Below are positions 26,468 through 35,505 of a DNA stretch of 44,499 nt, one piece after another. The stretch lies in the NCBI GenBank assembly GCA_016927375.1, contig JAFGMS010000157.1, forward strand, positions 1-44,499. Direction: 5' to 3'. The stretch is from Anaerolineae bacterium. Lineage in GTDB: Bacteria > Chloroflexota > Anaerolineae > Aggregatilineales > UBA3940. A model generated the notes under the pieces. That model was not told where the DNA came from. It saw only the letters and a list, made by a program, of their open reading frames with translations, and searched no databases. The stretch's first letter is position 1, and every line of letters begins with the position of its first letter. The position numbers were made by a program, and so were the translations under genes.

Positions 26468-28903
26468 TTACTCGCTCAATAACGTGACATCAAACCGCGC
26501 GATAGAAATACCATAGTTGATTTCGGTTTGGATACGCAGATTCACTCCCCCATTTGCATCTACATAGGATGCAGCATTTCCAATCCGCGTCTCCCCCCAG
26601 TTCACCTGTATGGGTTCCCACCCACCAGTGTTGAAATTCCAGATTTCCACAAGGGGTAGTCTGTTGCTGCCATCACCCTCAAGGTGAATCACCAAAGACT
26701 TAATGGGTGGAACAGATAGTAAGGCAATCGGCTGGAAGCGGAAAGCAAATGCGTGTTCAGGATCGAGATACAAATTATAGGGTGTAGGATCATAATAACC
26801 ATCAGGATTTTCCAGGAGCTGCCAGGTCATCAAGCCAGGAGGAATCGTATCCATTGTCTGGCTATCGCCGGCCAAGTCAACATTCAACTTCACAATATAT
26901 AACGCGATGTCTGCCTCCTCAAAAGAGGCATTCAGCACATTCGTCCGCAAGGGAACTTCATCGCTCCAGCCCATCAGGAAAACGTCCTCACCACGTCCGT
27001 TATTGACAAGCAAACTGGAGATCAGCTTGCACCGCCGCGCACCATCGTCCGGCGACATATCATAGCAAGAATCTGTATCAGCTATCTGTGCAGGCAAGGA
27101 TCCCGTAGGGCCAAAAGGATCGTAATAATAGTATCCTCCCAAAAATGCCGGATAGGGCTCCAGGCCACTACCGAACGATTGAATAGACTGATCACCAGAA
27201 AAAAGACTATCCACCTGAACAATACCACCAGCGGGTAGATCGGCCAATGCGTCAATCCCGCCGGCCAGCACCAAACTGACATGTGTCATAGATACATCGC
27301 TGGAGTTGATGATATCGCCCACCAGCCTGAGACCTCGTTCACCAGGAACCAGGGTCAGGTTACTCTCGATACGAGGAGCATTCGACATCGCCCCCTCGAT
27401 CACGAAGGGCTGCACCGAACCAATATCCACCTGGACCTGACGCAGCATCACCCCTTGACCTCCCTCGATGACGGCATCCGTTGCAGACGTCAGTGCGCCC
27501 CCAAAGCTGCGCGGGAGCGGGCGGGCCAGATATCCTGGCTCAACCTCGATATCATAGCCCCGCCGGCGAGGTGACCAAACACCTAATAAAGCTTCAACTT
27601 TCGCGCTCTCACTCCCTTCCCAAGATTGGACTACCGCCAACCGGTGCAGGATCACCTGCGACCCGCGTAGTTGAAAACCTGTCAGGTAGGCAATCGCCGA
27701 AAACAGCAGCACCAACCCAGGAATGGTCACCCAGGCCAATTCCCGGCGCTTCAGACGCCACAACACAAGGTAGTTGATCGGCCCGATCAGGATGACATAG
27801 ACAACCAGAAAACCGCACAGCTGAAATACAGATGGAAGAGACACCCCTGGTATCGCCGCTACCGCCTGACGGGCCAACTCCCATTCTGAGGAAAATCCAT
27901 AGGTCCAGCCAGGGCGCGTATCCCCACCACCAAGCACCAACATCCACAGCAAAGGCATGGCCTGCCAGGAGAGAAGCGGCTCCAGCCCCGGATCGGCAGT
28001 CAGAAAGTCCACACGTCCATATCCAAGACGCCGCCAGGCTATCAATGGTATCTCGCCGCCAGCGAACAGAACCTGTGCGTTCCCTGTCAATTCGCCTACT
28101 GCCACCAGCACATCCGTCTTCAAATGGTTATCAAACGGCTCACCAACAGCAGCACTCAATGGCTCGACAGATACCTCAGCCGTAGTGGTAGCATTCAGCG
28201 GGCTCAGCTCGACAAGACCACTCAGTGTGCGCTGGAAGCTCGCTCCCCCTACTATAACCAGCCGGCCACCTTCCCTAATCCAAACTTGCAATGCAGCGCG
28301 TTGTTCCTGCGTGAGCTTCCCCGTATCAGCATCGTAGATCACCAAGACATCCAGCGCCGCCCAGCCTTCTGCCACCGGTGGCAGGTCAGCTTCGGTCAAC
28401 ATCGCTACGGCTGCTTTACCATCAGTTGACTTGACTTTCCCCAGACTGGCAAGCGCACCTGGTGTATCGCTCCATAGCCCGATGAGCAAGACCGTTTGCT
28501 CTACAGACTGCACTTGAACCTGTTGGCTGGCAGCTATCCGATTGCCACTAACCAGATCAACCTGGAGAATGTTATTGAATGTCACAACATCTGCGGGATA
28601 GAGTGTTACTTGCTTGCGCGAGCCCCGAGGCAATTCGATAGGATAGGTATAGAACGTGCGCCCACTGGTAAGGGCATCCACTTGAATACGCAGCTCGCCG
28701 CTGATGTCGGGCCCATTATTGCTGGCTACGACGGTGACCGGCACCCAGGTGTCAGACTGAATATAACTATTGAAGCCAACGTGCACATCGAGTGTCAGTG
28801 GGTCGGTGGTCTGTTGATAAACTGGTATCGCATAAACACTCTTGACCCCAAACAGACCAACCACCAACGCAACTATTAAGATCACACAAACGCGCTTCAG
28901 CAC
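26468..28903 (-). CDS. 811-aa envelope protein with signal peptide, GATase1-like module and central TM pair
   Basis: Signal peptide MLKRVCVILIVALVVGLFGVKSVYA. Module DVLVIYDADTGKLTQEQRAALQVWIREGGRLVIVGG is parallel to that of the 957-aa vWA protein. Two TM helices near aa 350-420. Confidence 0.6.
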   Translation of the reverse strand: MLKRVCVILIVALVVGLFGVKSVYAIPVYQQTTDPLTLDVHVGFNSYIQSDTWVPVTVVASNNGPDISGELRIQVDALTSGRTFYTYPIELPRGSRKQVTLYPADVVTFNNILQVDLVSGNRIAASQQVQVQSVEQTVLLIGLWSDTPGALASLGKVKSTDGKAAVAMLTEADLPPVAEGWAALDVLVIYDADTGKLTQEQRAALQVWIREGGRLVIVGGASFQRTLSGLVELSPLNATTTAEVSVEPLSAAVGEPFDNHLKTDVLVAVGELTGNAQVLFAGGEIPLIAWRRLGYGRVDFLTADPGLEPLLSWQAMPLLWMLVLGGGDTRPGWTYGFSSEWELARQAVAAIPGVSLPSVFQLCGFLVVYVILIGPINYLVLWRLKRRELAWVTIPGLVLLFSAIAYLTGFQLRGSQVILHRLAVVQSWEGSESAKVEALLGVWSPRRRGYDIEVEPGYLARPLPRSFGGALTSATDAVIEGGQGVMLRQVQVDIGSVQPFVIEGAMSNAPRIESNLTLVPGERGLRLVGDIINSSDVSMTHVSLVLAGGIDALADLPAGGIVQVDSLFSGDQSIQSFGSGLEPYPAFLGGYYYYDPFGPTGSLPAQIADTDSCYDMSPDDGARRCKLISSLLVNNGRGEDVFLMGWSDEVPLRTNVLNASFEEADIALYIVKLNVDLAGDSQTMDTIPPGLMTWQLLENPDGYYDPTPYNLYLDPEHAFAFRFQPIALLSVPPIKSLVIHLEGDGSNRLPLVEIWNFNTGGWEPIQVNWGETRIGNAASYVDANGGVNLRIQTEINYGISIARFDVTLLSE

Positions 28904-29140
28904 ACGATCACTCCTCTAAGAATGAAAGTCCTGAGATAGATGCAGCTCACCACCTAGATTCCCATCTTCACAGCACTGCAAGACAGAATTAAGTATGCGG
29001 TGGAATTGTAGCACACCCCATCACAAATTAACCATGCGACAACCCTGCGAAAAAGCTATGAATGGACCACGCTCGAAAAAGGGAATTAGACATACAGAGT
29101 GCCTGATCGTCAACAACGGGTCTGAAAGAGAAGCTGTCCA

Positions 29141-30694
29141 TCAATACGAGCCAGTCACTGCGCAATAGCACGCCGCACCGGCTGGATAGTCTGTACAGAC
29201 AGCCTTAAACAAAGAGGATCCAAAGACAGCTGAACACTGCTCCAGGCAAGTATCGACAGTGCCCGGGTTGCCGCAACTGCCAACAGTTCCACTACAAGTC
29301 CATGCATGTGTATGGGTCTCACATAAGAGAGTTCCGGGGCAGGAGATACTTACGCCAATGTCCGCACACAGTACCCAGTTGGGGGTAGGTGAGGCTGCCT
29401 GCGTCGGCGTCATCGAAGTAGCTGTAGACGTAAAGGGGGTAGTGGGAGATGGTGTAAAGGTAGCCGTTGGGGTACAAGTCGATGTTGGGCGCCAATTCCG
29501 TGGCGTCCGAGTTGCAGTAAGGACAATGGTCGGCGTAAAAGCCCCGGTTGCGGTTGGAACATTTATCAACGAGATAGTCTGGGTGATCGTCGGAATGCCG
29601 GATGGGCCAACGGTCGCAGTCGGCGTTGCAGCAACAAATGCATCTTTATACATACTTACAAGAGCCACGCCGCCCACCGCCATTCCCAGGCAGATTACGG
29701 CAACAACCAGCCAAATCAGCCTGCCGATATTCCACCCATGCCTGGTCCGCTGGTTACCCACGGGTACCCTGGCCATACTGGCCGATGGTAAATGCTGCGA
29801 TACAGATGGTGGCTCATCTCCCGATACATTGGTAGGAGGCATATCAAGCCGGATGCCGCCTTCCAAAACAGTCTGTAGATCGGCAACCAGCGTAGAAGAG
29901 GATGGATATCGCTCATCTGGTTCCTTTGCCAGAATGTGAGAGATGATTGCTTCCATCTCTGCTGGTAGGTCCGGTTTCTCTGTACGGATCTGTGGTATTG
30001 GTTCCAGAATATGTCTCATTGCTACCCTGATGGGTGTATCTGCCTGGTAAGGTGGCTTACCAACCAACATCTCGTACAGAACCACTCCCAAAGAATACAG
30101 GTCGCTGCGGCCGTCCAGCTCCTTGTTACCGTGTGCCTGCTCAGGGCTCATGTAAGCCGGAGTTCCAATGATGCCACTACCTGTATAGGAGGCTGTTGCT
30201 TCCACCAGCCTGACGATGCCAAAATCGGTAAGGTAGGCATCATCATGGTGATCGAACAGAATATTACCTGGCTTCAGATCGCGGTGTATGACCCCTTTTT
30301 GATGAGCTTCGTCAAGAGCTAAGCCGATCCGTTTCACTATCCGAGTGGCTTCGGCCAAAGACAGAGGTCCGCTTTTCAACCTCTCGGCCAGCGATCCTCC
30401 TGTCATCAGGCGCATCACCAGATAGGGTTGATCGCCCTCCTCTCCAAAGTCATAGACCGGGACGATGGCAGCATGTTCCAAAGCAGCAACAGTTTGGGCC
30501 TCACGCTCAAAACGAGCTCGGAAAGTTGTATCGTGCAAGAATTCACGGGGGAGCAACTTGAGTGCAACCTCACGGCGAAAGCGCGGGTCATAGGCACGAT
30601 AAACCGTCGCCATGCCACCGCGGCCAATCTCTGCCTTGATTTCATAGCGACCGATCTTGCTGGGGACCACGAGCATCCTCCCGAAGAGGTACAA
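29141..30694 (-). CDS. Ser/Thr protein kinase (Hanks type) with TM, Thr/Pro linker and Cys-rich ectodomain
   Basis: GRGGMATVYRA...VALK (ATP site), HRDLKPGNIL (catalytic loop), DFG and AYMSPE. TM helix LIWLVVAVICLGMAVGGVALV. 10 Cys in the last ~80 aa. Confidence 0.9.
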   Translation of the reverse strand: MYLFGRMLVVPSKIGRYEIKAEIGRGGMATVYRAYDPRFRREVALKLLPREFLHDTTFRARFEREAQTVAALEHAAIVPVYDFGEEGDQPYLVMRLMTGGSLAERLKSGPLSLAEATRIVKRIGLALDEAHQKGVIHRDLKPGNILFDHHDDAYLTDFGIVRLVEATASYTGSGIIGTPAYMSPEQAHGNKELDGRSDLYSLGVVLYEMLVGKPPYQADTPIRVAMRHILEPIPQIRTEKPDLPAEMEAIISHILAKEPDERYPSSSTLVADLQTVLEGGIRLDMPPTNVSGDEPPSVSQHLPSASMARVPVGNQRTRHGWNIGRLIWLVVAVICLGMAVGGVALVSMYKDAFVAATPTATVGPSGIPTITQTISLINVPTATGAFTPTIVLTATRTPRNWRPTSTCTPTATFTPSPTTPFTSTATSMTPTQAASPTPNWVLCADIGVSISCPGTLLCETHTHAWTCSGTVGSCGNPGTVDTCLEQCSAVFGSSLFKAVCTDYPAGAACYCAVTGSY

Positions 30695-30701
30695 AATCAG
30701 G

Positions 30702-32489
30702 CTAAGGCTCAGGCATCATCACCGGTATAGCCTCAACGATAACAAAGTTCTCAACAGTGACAGCCGATGGGCAGCTCACTTGACTGACTGGAACCCATCC
30801 CAGTTCCTGATGCTCAGCTATACTCCATACCTGCAGCCATTGGCCATCAGATGTACGTCCCCCCACAGCAATCTGTGGAGGCTCTACGAGCACAACCGAC
30901 GTCGGTTTGGCATCTGTAGCAGGCAGCGGAAAGATCTCAGCATTATCGCCCAACGTACAGATTACCGGCCGGATCGCCACCGCTGTAGTACTGGAACGCT
31001 CCACATGATCGGTTCCGGCGATGGTCAACGTGTACTCATGCCTATCCCAGCCAAATTCACTAACCAGCCACCCAAGAGGAACCACCAGGCGACCAGTACT
31101 CCAGTTTTCAGGAGCGATAGGCAGTTCCTGGCCAGTTATGCTGCTCAGGAGAGCATATTCTGCAACATCAGAGGGACTCTCCACCTGCCATGAGAACACC
31201 ACATTACCAATCATGCCAAAGCCTGCCTCGGCAGGTTGAGCCCGGAATTCGATGATGCTCACCACTGGCGTTGGGATGACGGTTGGAGAAGGAATTAGCG
31301 CCGGTGTCCATGTTGGAGTCGTTGTAACTGTCAGTGCAGCTGATTCGGTTCCCGCTGGCTCAAGGAAAGCAAGAGGCAAAACGCCTGTGAAGATCAACCC
31401 GGCAATCAGGATCAGCGTTGCCAAACCGCCAACCAGTATCAAGGGCAGGCTTAGTCCTGCCAACCAGGCAGGCCAGGAAGGCATAATTGTATACCTGGCT
31501 AGCAAAGGAGCCTGATAGCCCGCCTTATCCAGTGATCGCGCGACTATCGCGAAATTGACCTGGCGAGCACGCCCGAAAGGACGCCTCTTAGCCGAACGTA
31601 CTCCCAATTCAACTTGGGCCGTTTGTCCTGGCTCAAGATGCAAACGGGAAGAACTGAATTTGTAGTGCAACAGCTTCTCGCGCTGATAACCTTCAAGGCA
31701 AAGCCCAATGGACATGTTTCCTTGATTTTGTATGGCCAGATGATAGTGTCCGGCTCGTTTTCCCTCGTGGGCAGCCATCGCGATCCCAGCGAAACCTGCT
31801 ATCTCTATCTCGCGTGTTGCCTCAATATACTGTCCAGGGTCGCTCTTGATGGTTACTCTTATAGTCAATGGATACAGGCCGGGACGCGTTGTGATGTTGC
31901 GTGGGGGACGGATCGAGAACATGACTTCTGTTTGCTCATTGGGCTCAAGATGCACCTCTCGTCGATTGCTCTTGACCCACTCAGAATCCATACCGCCTGT
32001 CTCGACGGTAAAAACATAGTCATCCTTGCCTCGGTTTTGGATAACCATGACCAACTGTGCATGAGAACCTGGTGCAACGGGCTGCTGTGGATCGTCAACA
32101 ACAAGGCTCATCGGCACACGAGGATCTTCAAACACGGTCATGCTGGGAGCCAGGCTGGCCTCGATATCGATTGACCTGAAATGGGTTGTGGGTATGTGAA
32201 AGATCAGCTGCACATCGCCCATCATAATGACATCACCATCCGTCAGAGGGTGACGGCTGTTCGGCTCGATTTGTCGATCATTGACAAACGTACCATTGAC
32301 GGTACCTAAATCAACGAGAAAGACATTACCCTCGGCCACATCAAACTGGGCATGATAGCGTGACACAGCCGACGTGTTGAGCACGATGTCATTGCCAGGT
32401 TGACGCCCTATCGACGTCGTAGGCTTAGTCAGTTCGACCTCGCCAAATGCGCTGCCTTCGCCGAGAATCGTGAGCTTGCCAAAAGCCAT
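30702..32489 (-). CDS. FHA-domain membrane protein with beta-sandwich repeats and SH3b-like C-terminus
   Basis: FHA motifs TSIGRQPGNDIVLNTSAVSRYHAQF and GTVNGTFVN. Start taken at MAFGKLTIL (32489); the tracked ORF extends to 32603. One TM region near aa 330-370 counted from that start. Confidence 0.85.
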   Translation of the reverse strand: MAFGKLTILGEGSAFGEVELTKPTTSIGRQPGNDIVLNTSAVSRYHAQFDVAEGNVFLVDLGTVNGTFVNDRQIEPNSRHPLTDGDVIMMGDVQLIFHIPTTHFRSIDIEASLAPSMTVFEDPRVPMSLVVDDPQQPVAPGSHAQLVMVIQNRGKDDYVFTVETGGMDSEWVKSNRREVHLEPNEQTEVMFSIRPPRNITTRPGLYPLTIRVTIKSDPGQYIEATREIEIAGFAGIAMAAHEGKRAGHYHLAIQNQGNMSIGLCLEGYQREKLLHYKFSSSRLHLEPGQTAQVELGVRSAKRRPFGRARQVNFAIVARSLDKAGYQAPLLARYTIMPSWPAWLAGLSLPLILVGGLATLILIAGLIFTGVLPLAFLEPAGTESAALTVTTTPTWTPALIPSPTVIPTPVVSIIEFRAQPAEAGFGMIGNVVFSWQVESPSDVAEYALLSSITGQELPIAPENWSTGRLVVPLGWLVSEFGWDRHEYTLTIAGTDHVERSSTTAVAIRPVICTLGDNAEIFPLPATDAKPTSVVLVEPPQIAVGGRTSDGQWLQVWSIAEHQELGWVPVSQVSCPSAVTVENFVIVEAIPVMMPEP

Positions 32490-32674
32490 CAGATCGCTCT
32501 CCAGGGCGTTAGAGTTGAATATCAACAACAACTCCCAGTCTAACACGGAGCAGGATCGGGTACAAGTGGAGAGACTGTCCTCAAATATGGCGAAACAGAG
32601 CACCGAACAAAGGATAAACCATCATAAATGCGCTACAATACAGGCGCGTCTGTACCCAACAAATTGCAAATTGC

Positions 32675-32776
32675 CTAGTACAGTTGGGCTTAAATAGCCC
32701 CAGAGTTAAGATGCGCTTCTTGCCAACTGTTTAAGTATTTCGGGGCAAGCCATAACTTTAGGCCCCGAAATACTAG
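32675..32776 (+). repeat. CTAG-bounded two-hairpin element, copy c
   Basis: Stem 1 is CAGTTGGGC (32681-32689) / GCCAACTG (32722-32729). Stem 2 is AGTATTTCGGGG (32734-32745) / CCCCGAAATACT (32763-32774). CTAG at both ends. Confidence 0.85.
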
Positions 32777-32877
32777 TGCAGCAGAGAGCCTCATAGTCTG
32801 AATACTAGACCCAAAGCATGCTTATCTCTGCGTGACCCATTCACATCATCTGTTTCGTTTATGCACTAGAGGATTTT

Positions 32878-33435
32878 ATGACAAGCACCCAGGCTCTTTC
32901 TACCCCCAACGCCACGAAAGCTACACAAATGCCTAGAGTCCGGTTGGTTCCAGCTACACGCAGTGACTACAATGTGCTCCACAGACTGGCACAGCTCTAT
33001 CAATACGATTTCACCGATTTTCTATCTGGGGATATCAACGAACAGGGTGAATACCCTTACATGAATGTCAGGAATTATCTGACACAAAAGGGACGTCGGG
33101 CTTACTTGGCCCGCGTAAATGGCAAGCTCGGTGGCTTTGTGCTGATCAATGACAAACCCGAACAGCGCAACCAAGCAGGCTACTACCTGGCAGAATTTTT
33201 CGTGCTGCGCCCCTACCGGAGACAGGGAGTTGGCCGAGCACTGGCTTTTCAGACCTTTGATACATACCGAGGATATTGGGAATTGGCAGTGATAGACCCA
33301 AATAAGCCGGCTCTGGCTTTCTGGCGCAAGGTGGTCGATGAATATACACAAGGCCGCTGTGAGGAATTTACCACCTATGACCATGAGGAGGGATTTACTG
33401 TTATCTGGCTGGTATTTGACAGCAGTACATGGTAG
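32878..33435 (+). CDS. GNAT-family N-acetyltransferase
   Basis: Acetyl-CoA motif A FFVLRPYRRQGVGRALA. 185 aa. Confidence 0.8.
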   Translation: MTSTQALSTPNATKATQMPRVRLVPATRSDYNVLHRLAQLYQYDFTDFLSGDINEQGEYPYMNVRNYLTQKGRRAYLARVNGKLGGFVLINDKPEQRNQAGYYLAEFFVLRPYRRQGVGRALAFQTFDTYRGYWELAVIDPNKPALAFWRKVVDEYTQGRCEEFTTYDHEEGFTVIWLVFDSSTW

Positions 33436-33473
33436 CGGACCGATCAAATATCTACCCACTGCCCAACCGTTAC

Positions 33474-33590
33474 TTAGTTATCTCGCGGCTCATCTCTGTT
33501 GATGAAATAGATTGCTAGAATCGTCCCCCCAACTACAAGAGCCAGCCCTGCCCCAGCCACACACAGTACGATTAGAAGAAAACCGCTCAT
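33474..33590 (-). CDS. possible 38-aa single-pass membrane peptide
   Basis: Hand translation gives MSGFLLIVLCVAGAGLALVVGGTILAIYFINRDEPRDN. Shares the pattern (I/V)LCV...VVGG...R..DEP with the peptide at 18489-18629. Weak GGGGG-type RBS. Confidence 0.35.
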   Translation of the reverse strand: MSGFLLIVLCVAGAGLALVVGGTILAIYFINRDEPRDN

Positions 33591-33635
33591 AAGCATCCAT
33601 TACCCCCTGGAAAAATCTCAGAGACAACTACCAAC

Positions 33636-34061
33636 TCAGAAGCCATAGGCCGCCAGAAAGCTAACCCGGGCTGTCTCACTGGAAGCAGACAAAATGAATA
33701 CCCAATCGCCATTACCCCAGGCAGCATGGTACTCACTACCATAATTGAAAAGTGTGCCATCTCGCTGACCCAGGGCCGGATCCTGACCGATAATAGTAGC
33801 ATTTTGCGGCAATACACTGAGAGCATGCTCGATGTTCTCCCGCCCCACCTGCCTGAGACGAAGCAAGACATAATCATCTGCCGTTTGATAGGTTGCGACC
33901 TGCAAACTGTTACCGGGCTCGAACACAGGGCCGCTGGTGCGCAGGAATTCACCCGTATTGGGCGGAAAAAGCTGCTCCAGCGGCACATCCATCTCAACAC
34001 AGCTGGCTAGTACTACCAGCAAACCTAAAAAAAGAACAGAGAGTGCAATTTTTCTCCCCAT
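33636..34061 (-). CDS. small lipoprotein, function unknown
   Basis: Signal peptide with lipobox VVLASC. 141 aa. No recognisable family motif. Confidence 0.55.
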   Translation of the reverse strand: MGRKIALSVLFLGLLVVLASCVEMDVPLEQLFPPNTGEFLRTSGPVFEPGNSLQVATYQTADDYVLLRLRQVGRENIEHALSVLPQNATIIGQDPALGQRDGTLFNYGSEYHAAWGNGDWVFILSASSETARVSFLAAYGF

Positions 34062-34103
34062 ACCTAACCATCCATCCTCTTCTACTAAGTCGATGACCCA
34101 GCT

Positions 34104-34686
34104 TCACAGCGTCAGCCACCAGACTCCCGTGCACTCCGGCACAACAAGCAGCTCTTCCTGTACCACACGATCCGCTAGAGCCTCGCCGAAGAAAAAACGG
34201 GGCAGCTCCTCAGCTTCACCCAGAGACTCAAACCGGTAATGGTGCGTATCCATGTCGAAGCAAACCCATGCCTGTCCGCTAACCAGGAATAGAAAGCCGC
34301 CAAATCCGACGAGGGCGATTCTGGTATCTCTACACCGGTTCCTAATATCTCGATGATAATCGCCGTGCCGCCAGACCGCAAGCCTCGCTTCATCTCCGCC
34401 AGAGCCGCACCGATCTCCCCCCGCCATGACTGGGGATCCACCCTACCAAGTGACCAGTACCAAGCATATGCCGGGAAACATCATAAGCCCGGATAGATCG
34501 GACCAGGGAGGCAAGCAGACGCGTCAGGCAGGCTATACCGGCCCCCATCTCGATCACCTCTAGCCCATCCAACGGCCCGATCGCCATCAGAGCGCGCAGA
34601 ATGTTGCCCTGATGATCCTCACACGAGACCAACCGATCATATTGACCGGCATGGTGGGCGTAGATTTCTTGAAAGTGATCGGGCAT
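34104..34686 (-). pseudogene. decayed class I SAM-dependent methyltransferase (two frameshifts plus probable internal deletion)
   Basis: Three overlapping frames each carry part of one protein: VIEMGAGIACLTRLL...AYDVSRHML, then EMKRGLRSGGTAIIIEILGTG...FYSWLADRHGF, then HHYRFESLGEAEELPRFFFGEALA. Confidence 0.6.
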
Positions 34687-34877
34687 TTGCCTCCCCCGTG
34701 CCATCCAACCCAGGCAAGTATAATGCGGAAACTCCGAAAAGCAATGGTAGTTGTCGTCGGGGAAACATCGGGAAGCAATCGAGAAACCGTCGATATCGCG
34801 TTGATGTCTTTTGCATAGCAGCATGGCACAATGGAGCGCGCAGCTCAATGCCTATCGTTCATTGCTCATTGCTATTT

Positions 34878-34990
34878 CTAGTGCAGTTGGGCATAAATAG
34901 ACCCAGGGTTAAGAGACACATCTTGCCCAACGGCTTAAGTATTTCGGGACAAGCCATAACTATGGGTTTACTTACGCCCCGAAATACTAG
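34878..34990 (+). repeat. CTAG-bounded two-hairpin element, copy d
   Basis: Reads CTAGTGCAGTTGGGC...GCCCAACGG...AGTATTTCGGGA...CCCCGAAATACTAG. Preceded by the heptamers CATTGCT CATTGCT (34860-34873). Confidence 0.85.
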
Positions 34991-35058
34991 GTCAGGCCAC
35001 TCGATAGCATTTGCCTGGCACGCAGAACTCAGCACTATTCTCAAGGAAGGATATAACC

Positions 35059-35481
35059 ATGCACAGATATCTACCAGCGATAGCCTGGACACTGGCTCTC
35101 TATATGGGAACGGCACTTACTGCAGGCCAGGCATTCATCCCTGCTACAGCACAAAACGCTACCCCGGAACAGATCAAACAAGCCTGGCTCTGGTTTGAAC
35201 TCAAGCATGTGATCCTGCATGCGGCAGCTTATAGCGTACTGGTCTGGTTATTGGCTTGGCCATATGGAGGAGACTGGAAAAAGAAACGCCGCCGGTTCCT
35301 GGTGAACCTACTGACAGCCATCCTGTTGATTGGCCTGGGACAGGAAGCTGTCCAAAGCATAGTACGCTGGCAAATACGCCTCACTAACTCGCTTGTGGAT
35401 CTGGCTTCCAACACAGGCGGAGCAGCAATGACTCTGGCAATGATAACAGCCAATCGATGGCGGCATACAATATCGAGATGA
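35059..35481 (+). CDS. VanZ-like small membrane protein
   Basis: Four hydrophobic segments and a VanZ-like spacing of conserved residues (H...Y, G..E..Q, D...N..G). ATG at 35059 inside the TTG-initiated tracked ORF. Confidence 0.5.
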   Translation: MHRYLPAIAWTLALYMGTALTAGQAFIPATAQNATPEQIKQAWLWFELKHVILHAAAYSVLVWLLAWPYGGDWKKKRRRFLVNLLTAILLIGLGQEAVQSIVRWQIRLTNSLVDLASNTGGAAMTLAMITANRWRHTISR

Positions 35482-35505
35482 TACGTATGCCGCCATCAGT
35501 TCGAT

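Noticed and set aside
33587-34000. 137-aa ORF overlapping the lipoprotein gene in another frame
   Set aside because: The 33636-34061 frame has a proper signal peptide and lipobox. The overlapping frame is Cys/Arg/Ser-rich with no features.
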